A program made the position numbers and the translations under genes. Positions 1 through 11,369 of a stretch of 64,000 nt of DNA are shown here, piece by piece. Location of the stretch: positions 126,914,001-126,978,000 of the forward strand of contig NC_042999.1 of the NCBI RefSeq assembly GCF_006345805.1. The letters run 5' to 3'. A model generated the notes under the pieces. It was not told where the DNA came from and ran no database searches. It worked only from the letters and a program-made list of their open reading frames with translations. This DNA is from Octopus sinensis. Its lineage: Eukaryota. Numbering within the stretch: the stretch's first letter is position 1; the number at the start of each line of letters is the position of its first letter.

Positions 1-1569
1 ATAGTCATGGCTGGAATGCCTTTGATCATATGTCTGTTCATTCAGGCTGACTTGGATTACAACTACAATAATTTAAAATATGTGCCAGATATTGAATTTG
101 ATCTTTTTTTTTTTATTTTTACACAAAAATAACTTTGCCTTTATGTTAATTGACTCCAGAGTACATACGAAATGTTTAAATTCAAATTAAAATCTTTAAA
201 TGCCTGAGTAACTTCATAAATGATTAGTTGGTGGTGTATAGATTAATTATAATTGCTATTAACATTGATTAGCTTCAGCAAGATCTTGATTTTCTATAAC
301 TGGGTAAAGAATTTAACAATTAATTTCACTCGGATTCAAAGACAGCATTAATACTTTTTAATGATTTTGTAATACAAAAGCAAGCATATGTCTAAATTAA
401 TTACTGCGTTATTTATAATTAAAAATATTATATAAACAACTTGGATATTTATTTGTTGCTAATTACAAATATTTTGTTGCTGGCTCTTAGCCTGAGTACA
501 AATGCACTATATTATAAATATAATTGTTTGTGCATACCCTCATGCACATGCGCATGCAGTCTCATACAAGCATATCATTATCATTACTCTGTATCTTTTT
601 TCAATGTTGGCATGAGTTGGATGGGTTGTCACAGACAAAGACAGTTCTTCTTTGTAGTTACTATCTCCATCTCCGAGAGAGATCAAAGGCCCATGTCTCA
701 TTTGTACATACCATTTTGGCATGGTTTCTACAACTGGATATCTTTCTTAACCTCCAACTGCTTTACAGAGTGTACTAGGTGGATAATCTATCATGGCACT
801 AACATTAGATGGGTTGTTGTGACCTCAACTAAACTAAAGCATCTTCTTTACTCTCTACATTGTCTTCATTCAGTCAAAGCAAATGTGATCAAGATGGTGA
901 GTAAAAAAGATTGATGACTGAAAATGTGACAGAAAGATGACTGTGATAGGAGGAAGTTGAGTGATAGAAGTGAAAAGGGAGTGGGAAGGGAGTAATGGGA
1001 GAGAGACAGTGATAGACGATATATATAAATCCTTAGATCCTTAAAAATGTTTCAGCCCGAAGGCTTCGGCCATGCTGGGGCACCACCGTTGTATGTGTGT
1101 ATACCACCACCACCATCATCATCAGCATTTTAATGTCCACTTTTCATAGTTCATTATGTACAGATTGTCTACGATTTGATGCTCTTCGAGTACGCAATCT
1201 TTACTTGCTTCCAAACAAAACAATATTTTCTTTAATCCTTAGAGCAATGAGCAGTTCAATGGCCTGACATGCTGTGGAAGATTGTAAACAATAATGCCAT
1301 TTGTATGATGATTTGTTTTTTAATCAGAGTGCAAATATCAAGACAGGGGTAATACACACACACACACACACACACATATGCAAATATGATGGGCTTCTTA
1401 CAGTTTCCTTCCATTGATTTCATTCAAAAGGCATTGGTCAAACCAAGGCCATGACAGATACCATGCAATGGGAATGAACCCTAAACCTTGTGGTTTCAAA
1501 GCAAACTTCTTATCTACATGATCATGCTTGCACACACACACACACACACACATCAGACCACATACACAG

Positions 1570-2083
1570 ATGTTAGCGGTGATGTGGTTGCAGAAATTGT
1601 CTGACAGCCATAAATGGGTTCTCCTGCTTGTGTAACATGGTGCAGAGTCCTGTTGTTAGATATAAGGTCTTCCAGCAGCCACCCTCTTGGCCGGGGCAGC
1701 ACTACCTCCTCCATTCACTTGATGTAGGCCTCTGTGCTGAGTGTGAAGCCATGTGGGAAAATGAATGGAGGTATAACGTTGCCATCAATAGTGATCACTC
1801 TAAACACCATGATGTTGACTGGTTGTTTGATTTTTATCATTCGGTACATGTACTGTCCTCAGATTGATACCCAGACACTCTGAAATATTTGTATTGGAGC
1901 TTCTGGCATGAATGCCAAGCAATACAGCATGTTGTTTCCAAATTTATGGCAGAATGAATTGCAACATGGTGCTGTTTTTTTTCACAGATGGTGCCCAACT
2001 GACCCTACTATACTGTGTAAACAAACAATGCACATACATGAAATTAAAAATATAAAATACAACAATTTACCTATCACACCCTG
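1570..2083 (-). mobile_element. Internally deleted Tc1/mariner transposon, maT (DD37D)-like
   Basis: Minus strand starts TA|CAGGGTGTGATAGGTAAA (TIR-like, ends at 2083). It encodes an N-terminal piece joined to ...VNIMVFRVITIDGNVIPPFIFPHGFTLSTEAYIK*MEEVVLP...GRPYI*QQDSAPCYTSRRTHLWLSDNFCNHIT, matching the maT catalytic region (QQDSAP motif). Contains stops; the other end is lost. Confidence 0.8.
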
Positions 2084-2084
2084 T

Positions 2085-2134
<50 letters not shown>

Positions 2135-2289
2135 ATATATATAAATATATATATATGCTATGTGTGTAGTGTCTGATGATTGTGCTAGGACATCACATGT
2201 TAAAAACCACTGTTTAGCATTCTCAGTACATGAAACTAATAGTAACACATAAAACATACATTGTGTTTATAAATAATATATATATATAT

Positions 2290-2450
2290 ATATGATGAGC
2301 TTCCTTCAGTTTCTGTTTACCAAATCTACTCAGAAAGCTTTGGTCAGTCCAAGGCTATAGTAGAAAAGACTTACCCAAGGTGCCATGCAATGGAATTGAA
2401 CCCAGAACCATGTGTTTGAGAGGCAAACTTCTTACTACACAACTATGTCT
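2290..2450 (-). mobile_element. tRNA-derived SINE family A, 5' half
   Basis: Reverse complement matches the head of the full-length copy at 53257-53680. Confidence 0.75.
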
Positions 2451-2644
2451 GAGTCTTTTTTTAATAAGGTTCTTAATGTAAACTTTCTTTTGTGATATTG
2501 GAATATTCTTCACTGAATATAAGGTAGGCTATTGTTCTATGCTGGTTTGCTTTTATAACTTGCTCTGAAGATTTTGTGAAAAGATTTTGAGGTCCTAACC
2601 TCAAAATATTGAAATACAAGGTAAATGTGCAAACCATCAGCTTG

Positions 2645-3100
2645 TATTCATCATCATCATCATCATTTAATGTCTGCCGTCCTCGATGACATGGGTTACA
2701 CAGTTTGACCAGAGCTGGTAAGCTGGAAAGCTGTACCAAGCTTCCATTATCTGTTTTGGCTTAGTTTCCATAGCTGGATGTCCTTCCTTATGCCAACCAT
2801 TGTACAGAGTGTATTTGGTGTCTTTTATGTGTCACCAGCATGAGTACCTTTTACATGTCACTGGTATAGATGCCTTTTATATGTCATTGTCAGAGATGCC
2901 TGTTACATATCACTAGCACAGGTGCATTTTATGTGCCACAGGCATTGGCCATGACCATAATTTCACTTAGCTTGATGTTTTCTCAAGCACAGCAAGTTGC
3001 CAGAAATTTTGGTCACTTGTCATCACCTCTATGAGACTTAACAGCTGAAGATCATGTTTCACCACCTTATCCCATGTCTTCCTGGGTCTATTACTTCTTA
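2645..3100 (-). mobile_element. Decayed RTE retroelement 3' UTR with (CAT)n tail
   Basis: (CAT)n followed by a diverged TTTAACGTCCG...GCTGGATGCCCTTCCTAACGCCAACCA block shared with many copies in the window. Confidence 0.7.
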
Positions 3101-4139
3101 TAGCTTGCATAGTTTTGACCTTAGAAAATTATTTAAAATATTTTTATATATAGAGAGAGAGAGCAGTTGCCATATTTCATTCCATAGCAACTATTTCTGA
3201 TGAGTGCAGGGTTACACAAATGGACTGTTATCTAACACTCCGTTGAGCCCCTACACACATACATACATACATATATATAAATATAAATAAATAAATAAAT
3301 AAATAAATATATATATATACACACATATACATAAATGCATTTGTACATACAAGCATACAATCCTTCAGGAAATGATGGGTTAACAACAAAAATACATATA
3401 TATATATATATATATATATATGATACAATGTAAAGCAGAAATGCCACAAAATATTTGAAAATAAACTTCTAATTTGCTTGGTTGCTGGGGTTCTGTTAAG
3501 TTAGTGATAAAATATAATGTAGTGATGTACAGAAGGTGTGAAAAAGCAATACATGGAAATTGGAAACTTGGAAAATAATGTCATAACTTTGTCAATGATG
3601 AAGATAGGGAAAGTGCCAAAAATAGAGTAAGTTGGCTTGTGACCAAAGCCATAAAATTATCTTTATCTGCATCACATTCAGATGAATGGAAGGAGCCCAG
3701 AATGTTTCATTTGTCACTCTTCATGACATTTAAACTTATTGAACTCTTCTATGAATCTATGTAATAAAACTGAGCTTGTGCTATGTCAAGAAAGTAATCA
3801 ATTGTAGATACTAGCTAAAGTAACTGAAAAGAAATAATTTTTATATTCTAGAATTCTAAATTAGTTTCATAAGTTGTTGGAATTGATCATAACGTTATCC
3901 AATACCTTTGTATTCAGGCAGACTTTGACATATATTTCAATATTTCATCTTGTCTTCTATTGATGTTTGGTAAACTACAAGACTTACTGAGATCAGTATG
4001 TGTGTGTAAATGCACACACATATATATATATATATATTTAGAGAGTGATAGACAGATATATGAATGTATGCATGAAAGTATGTGTGTGTATATATATATT
4101 TGTATCCCTGCTGTAAGGCTTTACTTCCACACATGCCAA

Positions 4140-4600
4140 CTTAATCTAATTTGTCCTTAGTCGAAAGACACCTGTTGTTATGTCCTGTTATTTGTATTTG
4201 TGTAACCTTCTCCGTTTTTTTCTATCCTTGTTTTCATATACATTCAATGCTTTCTTCCAAGGAATCTGATGCTCTTAGCTTAGTTTTTCCTTGGGACTGG
4301 CCAGATTGGAGCAATCTTGAGTATAACCAGCTGAAATTGCAAAGATAATCTGGAACTCGACTGAGGAAAGAAAACTCCGAATGACCTGTCCTTGTTTTCT
4401 TTGTATCATCTATCTGGATGTTTAGTTGTCCTTTTCTTGTATCACCTGTCTGGATGTTTTGCGTTCTTGTCCCATTTTGTATTTTATATATATAGCGGTG
4501 GTGCCCCAGCACAGCGGTGGTGCCCCAGCACAGCGGTGGTGCCCCAGCATGGCCGCAGCCTTCGGGCTGAAACATTTTAAAGGATTTTTTAAGGATTTAT
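4140..4600 (+). mobile_element. Unclassified interspersed repeat ending in a SINE-A-type tail with a 3x 19-nt tandem repeat
   Basis: Ends (AGCGGTGGTGCCCCAGCAC)x3-like, then ATGGCCGCAGCCTTCGGGCTGAAAC. The same tail is inverted at about 1030-1090. Confidence 0.5.
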
Positions 4601-4633
<33 letters not shown>

Positions 4634-4821
4634 GGGTTGGCTGTGTGGTTAAGATGATTGCTTTGGAACTGCATGGTTATGGCTTTGGTTCCACTGTGTG
4701 GACACTGTCAATTTGTACCCTGTACTATGACTGGGGTCAACCAATACTTTGTGAATGAAATTGGTAGTTGGAAACTGAAAAACCCTTCATTAATGTATAT
4801 ATATATACATATATACATACA

Positions 4822-4852
<31 letters not shown>

Positions 4853-5220
4853 GCATATATATATATTGGGTCATTCCATAAATTATGTGTTTTTTATACT
4901 TCTTTTATTTTTCAAAATTAAGATAAACAAAGTTCTTTTTAATCTAAAATATACTCTCTTTCATATTTTACAATGTTCTTCCATCTATCTGGTAGACTTG
5001 CAAAGCCCCTCTTCCAAGTTTGCATCTCAACCACATAGTTCTAGGTTCAGTTCCATTGCATGGCACCTTGGGAAAGTGTCTTCTTATATATATATATACA
5101 CACACACACAAATATATATATATATGTATACACAAATATATATATATATGTATGTATAAAATATATAATATATATATATATGTATATTAGAAGGTTTGGA
5201 GATGATGTACAGGTATTATA

Positions 5221-5574
5221 TATTAGAAGAAATAAGGTACTCAGAAATCTTGATGGTTTTATATTTACAGATATTTAATATATCACATGTTTTTATAAAT
5301 CATATATTAGCACTTGCATCCACTCTAGTGGAGTCTTCAGATTGAACTTTTTCAGGATATTTGTCTCTTTTTATAGTATTATTGAGTGTGTAGGGGTGGA
5401 GAAAGATATAAGATAGTACTATCTTATATCTTTCTCCACCCCTACAATACCTGAAAACTCCACTAGAGTGGACGCAAGTGCTAATATATGATTTATAAAA
5501 ACATGTGACTTATTAATAAATATCTGTAAATATAAAACCATCCAGATTTCTGAGTACCTTATTTCTTCTAAAAT
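5221..5574. repeat. TA-flanked fold-back element with about 120-bp arms and an internal perfect 58-nt palindrome
   Basis: 5221-5340 is the reverse complement of about 5451-5574 with few mismatches. 5389-5446 is a perfect palindrome. Confidence 0.9.
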
Positions 5575-5743
5575 ATATATATATATTGAACAAAGAAATA
5601 AATGTTCAACACTGCATTGGTGAACAAATATTCTTTAGTTGTGGATTAACAAGGCAACCAATGGTTTCAAGTGGAAGAGATTTCCACAGTTGTTCAAGCT
5701 TACTATGTTGGAATCTTGGTACTCAGCTTCATTTTGCATTTCT

Positions 5744-6760
5744 ATCATCATCATCATCATCATCATCATTTAGCGTCCGCTTTCTATGCTAGCATGGGTT
5801 GGACGGTTCAACTGGGGTCTGGGAAGCCAGAAGGCTGCACCAGGCCCAGTCTGATCTGGCAATGTTTCTATAGCTGGATGCCCTTCCTAACGCCAACCAC
5901 TCCGTGAGTGTAGTGGGTGCTTTTTACGTGCCAGATGGGGCTGGCAAACGGCTACGGTCGGATGGTGCCTTTTACGTGCCCCCGGCAAGGCTGGCAATGG
6001 CCACGGTCGGATGGTGCTTTTTACGTGCCACCGGCAAGGCTGGCAATGGCCACAATCGGATGGTGCTTTTTACGTGCCACCGGTAAGGCTGGCAATGGCC
6101 ACGATCGGATGGTGCTTTTTATGTGCCACCGGTATGGAGGCCAGTCGGGGTAGCGCTGGCAACGGCCACGGTCGGATGGTGTTTTTATGTGTCACCGGCA
6201 CGGGGGCCAGGCCAGGCTGGCAATGGCCACGATCGGATGGTGCTTTTTACGTGCCACTGGCACAGAGGCCAGTCGGGGTGGCGCTGGCAACGGCCACGAT
6301 CAGATGGTTTGCTTACGTGCCACCGGCACTGGTATCACAGCTGCAATTTCCATTGATGTTGATCGACTTCGATTTTGGTTCTGATTCCCACTTGCCTCAA
6401 CGGGTCTTCACAAGTGGAGTTTTGTGTCCCAAGAAGGAAAGGTATGCATAAGTCGACTGGCTACATCCCAGGTAGAGGCCACAGGTTATGGTCTCACTAG
6501 TCCTGCCGGGTCTTCTCACGCACAGCATACTTCCATAGGTCTCGGTCTCTAGTCATTTCCTTGGTGAGACCTAAAGTTCGAAGGTCGTGCTTCACCACCT
6601 CGTCCCAGGTTTTCCTGGGTCTACCTCTTCCACAGGTTCCCTCACCCGCTAGGGTGTGGCACTTTTTCACACAACTATCTTCAGCCATTCTCGTCACATG
6701 ACCATACCAGTGCAAACGTCTCTCTTGCACACCGCAACTGATGCTTCTTAGGTCCAACTC
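5744..6760 (-). mobile_element. RTE-clade LINE, 5'-truncated (ORF2 C-terminus, 3' UTR VNTR, (CAT)n tail)
   Basis: Minus-strand RRLHWYGHVTRMAEDSCVKKC...GRGRPRKTWDEVVKHDLRTLGLTKEMTRDRDLWK is a typical RTE C-terminus. Tandem repeats at about 5924-6330; tail at 5744-5770. Confidence 0.92.
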
Positions 6761-6767
6761 TATATAC

Positions 6768-6802
<35 letters not shown>

Positions 6803-7078
6803 CATGTGCATGCTTATCTGTGGTGGGTCTTTGTGTTTGTCTTGCATCACTGCTTAACAACTGGTGTTGGTTTGTTTACATCCTTGTACGTTAATGGTTT
6901 AACAAAAGACACTGATAGGTTAAATGCCAGACCTATAAGATAAAAGGCATTGGATTTGATTTGTTCAACGAAACTCTTCAAAGCTGTGTCCCAGTATGGC
7001 TGCAGTCCAATGACTGAAACAAGTAAAGCAAAAACGACAGTAGGGTGGTGTTGCGGTTATTCTGGTCTTACGTTACAG

Positions 7079-7120
7079 GTGGAAAGTGTTGAATTGTAAG
7101 CAAGAGGATATTGCTAAATT
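7079..7120 (+). CDS. Candidate 42-nt host exon (WKVLNCKQEDIAK), unidentified gene
   Basis: Acceptor GTCTTACGTTACAG| and donor |GTGAGT, one open phase-2 frame. No homology recognised, and an alternative donor (GTAAGC) lies inside it. Confidence 0.22.
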
Positions 7121-7752
7121 GTGAGTAAAATAAAATGAGTGGAGGTTACAAAATGTTTGAGCAGCACTGGTTGTGACTTTGTTTACATTTGCTTGAAAAG
7201 GCAGGTCCGCTGAATTGCTTATCATTCAAAAGAGTACCTTATTTGGTGTGTGAGTGTGTGTGCAAGCATGTCTTTGCGTTTGTACCCCACTACTACTTGA
7301 CAACTGGTGCTGGTTTGTTTACATCCCCATAACTTAGCAGCTTAGCTACAGAGACCAGCCGAATAAGTACCAGGTTTGATTTATTTGGCTAAACCCTTTA
7401 AGCATGGTTGCAGTCTAATGCTTAAACAAATAAAAGATTAAAAGATATACCAAAGACATGACAAAAAGTTTTCGATAGATATGTGCTCACAGTTCATAAG
7501 GCTGCAGTAAATAGTTCAATAACTTATCCAGCAGGTCATTCAATCTCTACAATCATAACATTATAAATGATTATTAAAAAATTGATACCCCATACATTAC
7601 AATAATTTTCTGATCCAGATCTGAAGCATGTTCAGTCGTGTATAAGCAATAAACAATATATATATATATATATGTAATAATAATTAATATAATAAACACA
7701 ACACACACACACACACACATACACATATATCTATATATATATATATATATAT

Positions 7753-7813
<61 letters not shown>

Positions 7814-8814
7814 AAGAGAGAGAGAGAGAAGAATTATAAGTATAAAGATATATTATATAATACTATGCAGGATAAATTCTTAATTTATGGAAATTATCTT
7901 TCCTTCAAGAGAAAAGTGAACCAATGACTCATACCAATTGTGACCAACTCTAATTGAGAAAGGGAGATAATCTCAGGAGTCAAGCTTTTTCTGAAACTGA
8001 TATGTTATTAAGAATCTTTGGAGACAAGATTCTTAATGTAGAAATATTGCAAGATATAACAGTGGCAATGAAGGTTTCGCAAAACACAATAATGGTGACA
8101 AGGATTCTAATTTCATGCACTCCACAACAGTGGGACAGAGAAGAAGAAAACAAATAATATAAGTCTGTTTGAAGGATTTCAGTCAGGTCGTTCATGTGTT
8201 AGTAGCACTACTGGTAAGAATGTAGAGCCAGTACTACCTGGGGCATTCTGAAAAAAAATTCTGTGTGTGGAAGAAAAAGAAATGGAATATGAAAAATAGA
8301 ATAAAAAATGATAATGCTGTGGGAAGAAATAATATGTTAGAAAAAAACAAAAAATTCTATTGAAAAAAGATTTTGTAATACATAATTGAAAAAAGTGATA
8401 ATTCTATGTGTGGAAGAAAAAGAACTGGAATATGAATATATAATGCTGTGGAAGACACCCTGAGTGAGAGAAGTGGGCTGTTCCACCACAAATAAATAAT
8501 GGACAGGCACAACAAGTGGAGTCAGTTGGCGAGGTATGCCATTCGGGCCAGTCACGCAGACAATGATGTACATCGTTATAATTTGGGACATATCAGTGTC
8601 AAGCAAGACACAACATGACCACAACCACCAACAATAATGCCACCACCACCACCACCACTACCATCATCATCATCCTCTGAATAACTTTTTTTTACCAAAA
8701 TATTTCTCTGATATCCAAAAGAAAATAATAAAGCATTTGTACATTTTTACCAAATAGTTGTTTCCTTACTTGACAGAAGGTAATATATTTGTGAAAATAT
8801 ATGTCTTCATTGTG

Positions 8815-9125
8815 ACACTTTGGCACGCCATTGGTTGACGATGACAAGGGTTCCAGCTGATTCGATCAATGGAACAGCCTGTTTGGGAAATTAACATGCA
8901 AGTGATTAAGCACTCCACAGACACATGTATCCTTCTCAGGGAGATTCAGTGTGACACAGAGTGTGACAAGGCTGGCCCTTTGAAATACAGGTAGTACTCA
9001 TTTTTGTCAGCTGAGTGGACTGGAGCAGCAGAAAATAAAGTGTTACAATGCCTCACTGGGAACTGAACTCATAACCTTACAATTTTGAGCCGAATACCCT
9101 AACCACTAAGCCACGTGCCTTCACT
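8815..9125 (-). mobile_element. tRNA-derived SINE family C
   Basis: Shares CTCCAGTCCACTCAGCTG..AAAATGAGT and the CAAAGGGCCAGCCTTGTCACAC tail with the fragment at 61683-61880. Confidence 0.7.
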
Positions 9126-9544
9126 CTTATTTGTAATGCTCTTAAATTTCAAGTGAACATCCTCTTTCTGTACTGGCATCACAGCAACATAACATAGCTC
9201 TCCATATTCACCCCTCCATATTCCATCCCCTCCACATTCTCTTATTTTGTTGAGGGAAAATGGGAGGTGAGCCTTCAAGGCTGCCAGGTTTAACACCACC
9301 GCCAGGTCACTGAGAGCCTTTCATGGAATTCACTCTGTTGTTACGATCTGGACAAGACAACACCCCATATTCCACCCTCCCCACCATGTTTTTCCAGTAA
9401 ATGTCATCTGCAGGTGTTTCAGACACACCTTCAACTACATCCTCATATCAATACCACCATGATCATTGTGGACAATGCTTACATAGACATGGATACTGCC
9501 CCTTCTTCCCTAACACATTAGGCTATCTTTGTTGTGTAGTTGAT

Positions 9545-10120
9545 TTTATTATTATTATTGAGTGAGAGAGCAGTGCATGCCATCAAAGTGATACTGGGGT
9601 AAAATATACGAAGCCCAGTATACCCATCATGACTACCTGTCTGATATGGGTACACTAGGCACATGCATCACAACCATATGTGTGTGACATGGTGATCTCA
9701 TATCAAGATAAACAGCACATGACCTTGCAGGTGGGGCCCAATTAGAATTTTCTTCAGGTCGAGTAGTCCATACCTCTCAAAAGGTCCCTGAATAAGGATT
9801 GTTTAAGGATGTTGAACGAAACACCCATGTTTTCAGAGATGAATTATTCAAACCCCAAAGAATCCCTCTCAACACATGGCTATGATGCTCCCCCACTACT
9901 TCTGCTCATGATCAGAAATGCACATATCGTCAGCCACTAAGGGACATGCTCAACTGGTTAAAGTCAAGCAACTGACAAGCAAATCTGTGGTATTGAGCAG
10001 AATATTTGCTGTAGCCCATCTTTTATACCAAGACAAAACAATGTACATGATAACACTTCCAATCAGTTAAGATCAGAAGTCATGAGAGCCACTGTCTGGT
10101 ACTGTATCAGGGCAGTTATT
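9545..10120 (-). mobile_element. Unclassified ~570-bp non-coding element embedded in (TAA)n
   Basis: Complex sequence bounded on both sides by (TTA)n, with no ORF. The strand is guessed from the TAA-tail polarity. Confidence 0.4.
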
Positions 10121-10880
10121 ATTATTATTATTGCTGTTGTTGTTGTTACTTGTACTTTAATCCTCTTCCTGCCTTCTCTTTTAAATAACTTTTAAATAAT
10201 ATTCAGCAACATATTCCCCACATTATTTTAATAATTTATATTATTTTACAATTATGATATAATATAAATTATTACATTTTTTGCTTTCGTTCAATATAAT
10301 ACTAATATGCAAAAAACAAAAAGACTAAATATTTTTTTCCTCTTTTATCTATAGATTGCCACAAAAATCAGTTAATAAACTGAGTTTTAATTAAATTAAT
10401 TTGTCCATGTCTGAAAGCCAATTCTTGGTTGTAATATTAGCATGTCTGTGATGTAGTTGCCTCTGAAAGCTAAGGAAAGTAGGTCAGTGTTCGGTTATAA
10501 AGTCTGCTAATTATAATGACCATGCTTTCTTTTAACCATTACCATCATCATCATCATCACCATCATATTTACATTCAATTCTTCCAAACTAGTATTGGTC
10601 AGACAAGACTTATTGAGAAAATATTTTGGCTACCCTTCCTGTCCGTGATGCTCACTTGCTCCCAAATAAAATACTCTTTTGAATGACAAGCAATTCATTG
10701 GACATGCCTTTGCAAGCAAATCTAAAAAAAGTTACCATCAGTGCTACTCAAACTTTTTTTAACCACCACTCATTTAATTTTACTCACACTTTATCAATGT
10801 GTAAACTGTGAAACCGGTTAAAGCTTCAAATATTTTACTATTCTTAGAGAATTTTCAACTTCTATTTTTCCTATATATAT

Positions 10881-11098
10881 AATCAAAATAAGCAACAAGG
10901 ATATCCAAAGGTAATGCAGTATGATCGTTTCAAGCAACTCCCTTTAATTGAATAATGCAATCATTACATCCATTTAAATGCAGCTGAGGATTGCTCTGCA
11001 TTTAAATTTATGTAATGATTGCATTGTTCAATTAAATGGAATTGCTTGAGACGATCGTCCTGCATTACCTCTGGATATCCTTGTTGCTTATTTTGATT
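10881..11098. repeat. TA-flanked fold-back element (103-bp arms, 12-nt spacer) with hammerhead core motifs
   Basis: 10881-10983 is the reverse complement of 10996-11098. The spacer contains CTGAGGA and the right arm contains GAGAC-GATC-GTC. Confidence 0.88.
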
Positions 11099-11192
11099 TT
11101 AATCACCTTATTTTGAAATTGTATGGATAATACTGTACTAAATTCTGGTGCCTCAACTTAAGTACCATATTCATCTGAAACTAAATATATAT

Positions 11193-11250
<58 letters not shown>

Positions 11251-11369
11251 ATGGTGGTACAACAATGCACCAATATTTACTGGAAATAGCAGTTGATAAT
11301 ATACGATGCTATAGTAAATTTAATAATTTATAGTATATGTTGTGTGGATGCTCCCACACGATAAGTAAG

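Noticed and set aside
279-303. Short exon ending at TGG|GTAAAG
   Set aside because: Two frames are closed, and the remaining 8-codon frame is uninformative.
874-896. Micro-exon with a strong GTGAGT donor
   Set aside because: It lies in what appears to be a decayed retroelement fragment and has no supporting context.
4350-4395. Hammerhead at CTGAGGA...CCGAAT...GTC
   Set aside because: GAAA is replaced by GAAT, and stems I and III do not pair.
5924-6330. CRISPR-like repeat array (also 43660-43945)
   Set aside because: The units are whole tandem repeats without unique spacers, they lie in an RTE 3' UTR, there are no cas genes, and the context is eukaryotic.
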